From: Candidatus Parcubacteria bacterium | GTDB taxonomy: Bacteria > Patescibacteriota > Minisyncoccia > Minisyncoccales > Minisyncoccaceae | NCBI GenBank assembly: GCA_017992335.1 | Contig: JAGOOU010000001.1 | Coordinates: 1 to 28,399 of the forward strand | Direction of reading: 5' to 3' | DNA: 28,399 bases | Shown here: positions 26,497 through 28,399 of the stretch, piece after piece | How positions within the stretch are numbered: position 1 is the first letter of the stretch | How the letters are laid out: the number at the start of each line of letters is the position of its first letter | Position numbers and translations under genes: made by a program | Notes under the pieces: generated by a model | Database searches by the model: none | What the model was told of the DNA's origin: nothing | What the model saw: only the letters and a program-made list of their open reading frames with translations

Positions 26497-27627
26497 ATGG
26501 ACAATCTAATACAAAGAACAATTCAAAAACAAATAGAAGATAAGCTTTTTAAAGGAAAAGCCATTATCTTATATGGTGCAAGGCAAACAGGGAAAACCAC
26601 TATTGTTAAGCAGATACAAAATAAACATTCCGATACTTCTGTTTATTATAATTTTGACGAGCCTGATATTCGCAAGGAATTTCAAGAAGTGACATCTGAT
26701 TATCTTAAAAAAATAATAGGAGATAAAAAGCTTGTTATTTTTGATGAAGCGCAAAGAGTAAAAAATATAGGGATTACTCTAAAGCTCATAGTAGATAATT
26801 TTAAGGACATTCAAGTAATTGCAACTGGTTCTTCTTCTTTTGACCTGGCGAGTCAAACAGCAGAACCTTTAACTGGAAGAAAATATGAATTTTATGTCTA
26901 TCCTTTTTCTTTGGAAGAATTAAATCCAGAAAAAGATAAGTTAAAAATAGATAGGCTTTTAGAAAATAGAATGATTTTTGGAATGTATCCTGAAGTAGCA
27001 CTAAAATCAAAAGAAGAACAAGAAGAAACCATTAAAAACATAGCTAAAAGTTACTTGTATAAAGATGTGCTTCAATATCAGAATATAAAGAACCCTGAAA
27101 TTTTAGAAAAACTACTCCAAGTTTTAGCTCTTCAGATAGGCAATGAAGTTTCATATAATGAAATTTCTAATGTGCTAGATATAGACAAGAAAACAGTGAG
27201 TAGCTATGTAGAAATATTAAAAAAAGCGTTTATTATTTTTGATTTAAAACCTTTTAGCAGAAACATAAGGAAGGAAATTAAAAAATTAAGAAAGATATAT
27301 TTTTTTGACCTAGGAATCAGAAACGCTTTGATTAATAATTTTAATTTACTAGACCTAAGAAGCGATAAAGGGCAGATGTGGGAGAATTTTGTAATAAGTG
27401 AGAGAGTTAAATTAAATAATAATCATAGAATAGATTGCAATACTTATTTTTGGAGAACACATGATAAAAAAGAAATTGACTATATTGAAGAAAAAGACGG
27501 AAGACTTTATGCTTTTGAAATAAAATGGAGCAAGGGTAAAATTAGTGGGGCAAGAGAATTTATTGATAAATACAAAGAGTCGGAATATCAGATGATCAAC
27601 AAAGACAACTACGGAGATTTTTATTAA
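26497..27627 (+). CDS. AAA_14 ATPase with DUF4143 (winged-helix-like plus PD-(D/E)xK-like C-terminus)
   Basis: GARQTGKT, IFDEAQ, ATGSS, LTGRK, GMYPE, KIYFFDLGIRN, WENFV and YFWRT...EIDY...FEIK. Family recognised by motifs. Confidence 0.85.
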   Translation: MDNLIQRTIQKQIEDKLFKGKAIILYGARQTGKTTIVKQIQNKHSDTSVYYNFDEPDIRKEFQEVTSDYLKKIIGDKKLVIFDEAQRVKNIGITLKLIVDNFKDIQVIATGSSSFDLASQTAEPLTGRKYEFYVYPFSLEELNPEKDKLKIDRLLENRMIFGMYPEVALKSKEEQEETIKNIAKSYLYKDVLQYQNIKNPEILEKLLQVLALQIGNEVSYNEISNVLDIDKKTVSSYVEILKKAFIIFDLKPFSRNIRKEIKKLRKIYFFDLGIRNALINNFNLLDLRSDKGQMWENFVISERVKLNNNHRIDCNTYFWRTHDKKEIDYIEEKDGRLYAFEIKWSKGKISGAREFIDKYKESEYQMINKDNYGDFY

Positions 27628-27642
27628 AATAAAAGAATTTTA

Positions 27643-27672
27643 TTGACACTACCCATCGGGGGGGAGTATAAT
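27643..27672 (+). promoter_or_regulatory. Pilin promoter with a G7 tract in an 18-bp spacer
   Basis: TTGACA (27643-27648), CTACCCATCGGGGGGGAG, TATAAT (27667-27672). Confidence 0.8.
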
Positions 27673-27704
27673 ATTAAGCATAAAAGAGAAATTAAAATAG
27701 ATTA

Positions 27705-28399
27705 ATGAAATATTTGAAACAATCTTTCACTCTAATCGAAATTCTTGTCGTGATTATTGTTGTTGGAATTCTTTCTTCATTCATTCTTATTGGAATGAGT
27801 TCCATATCCAAAGATAGCAGAGATGCTAAAAGAATAGCGGAAATGGAAAGAATAAGAAATGCAATCTGGTCAGGATCTAACATGGGAATCAATGGCTATC
27901 CAGTAACTCCAGACCAAGGTTCTGGTTCAAGAGCAACTTGCTGTCTAGGAACAGGGGATACTACTAATTGTTCTCAAGTGGAAGCAGTCATAGGAGGAAC
28001 AATACCTAAAGATCCCTCATACACAGGAGTAAACAAAGAATGGTGTTATTCCTACAAATCAGATGGCTCTACTTTTGACCTATATGCCAAGTTAGAAGGA
28101 AAAGGAGCTATTTCTTTTTCAGAAACTAAAACAGCTTCAGTTAAAGAAACAGAAGACTGCGGTACAGGCTGGATTAACACTGGATTAGGATTCTGTGTTA
28201 TGCAGTATGAAGCAAAGATAACAGGAGATGATAATGGAAACCAAGCATACAACTCAGCTTTTGTTCCTGAAAGCAGGTCAACTGGAACTCCTTGGGTTAA
28301 TATCTCTCAAATTAATGCAATTGCAGAATGCAAATCAATCGGAGCTCATCTTATCAGTAATGCTGAATGGATGGCTTTAGCCAGAGATATTGAATCAGT
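27705..28399 (+). CDS. Type IV pilin-like protein fused to an FGE-sulfatase/C-type-lectin-fold domain (runs off the window end)
   Basis: Not in the ORF track; open to the window end. Class III signal MKYLKQS|FTLIEILVVIIVVGILSS, then SRDAKRIAEM and IPKDP, followed by CGTGW...FCVMQYEAK and PWVNISQINAIAECKSIGAHLISNAEWMALAR. Confidence 0.85.
   Translation, partial: MKYLKQSFTLIEILVVIIVVGILSSFILIGMSSISKDSRDAKRIAEMERIRNAIWSGSNMGINGYPVTPDQGSGSRATCCLGTGDTTNCSQVEAVIGGTIPKDPSYTGVNKEWCYSYKSDGSTFDLYAKLEGKGAISFSETKTASVKETEDCGTGWINTGLGFCVMQYEAKITGDDNGNQAYNSAFVPESRSTGTPWVNISQINAIAECKSIGAHLISNAEWMALARDIES

Noticed and set aside
27628-27644. AATAAAA-GAA-TTTTATT hairpin after the AAA gene as a terminator
   Set aside because: An all-A/T stem, too weak to support a call, and it overlaps the next -35 box.

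Overview
A very AT-rich, densely packed bacterial chromosome segment spanning the replication origin. It reads in genetic code 11: long ORFs have no in-frame TGA, and TGA is used as a stop. The gene repertoire and style suggest a Patescibacteria/CPR (Parcubacteria-like) genome; this is inference from short YidC, N-terminally reduced MurE and PilB, truncated ATP synthase delta/epsilon, class III pilins and scarce Shine-Dalgarno motifs. Gene order: jag(partial)-yidC-rnpA-rpmH <> dnaA-oriC-dnaN >< class A PBP <> tyrS >< ruvC-yebC-lamin-tail protein-ruvB <> candidate ncRNA >< pilB/gspE-degenerate DHH <> tsaE-5'-3' exonuclease-PAS kinase-receiver-mutM-holA >< rpsT <> ruvA-murE-two orphan ORFs-atpB/I/E/F/H/A/G/D/C-terminator-AAA/DUF4143 ATPase-pilin/FGE-lectin fusion (partial). 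The ORF track misses rpmH, jag and the terminal pilin, and several of its start codons are probably too far upstream. Top leads: (1) an unannotated ~130-nt three-way-junction RNA between ruvB and pilB with its own + strand promoter and terminator; (2) a triple half-site operator over the promoter of the DUF4143 ATPase; (3) a pilin fused to an FGE/C-type-lectin-fold domain (typical of DGR targets), with a G7 tract in an 18-bp promoter spacer; (4) apparently widespread leaderless transcription. All folds, promoters and domain calls were made by eye, without computation.
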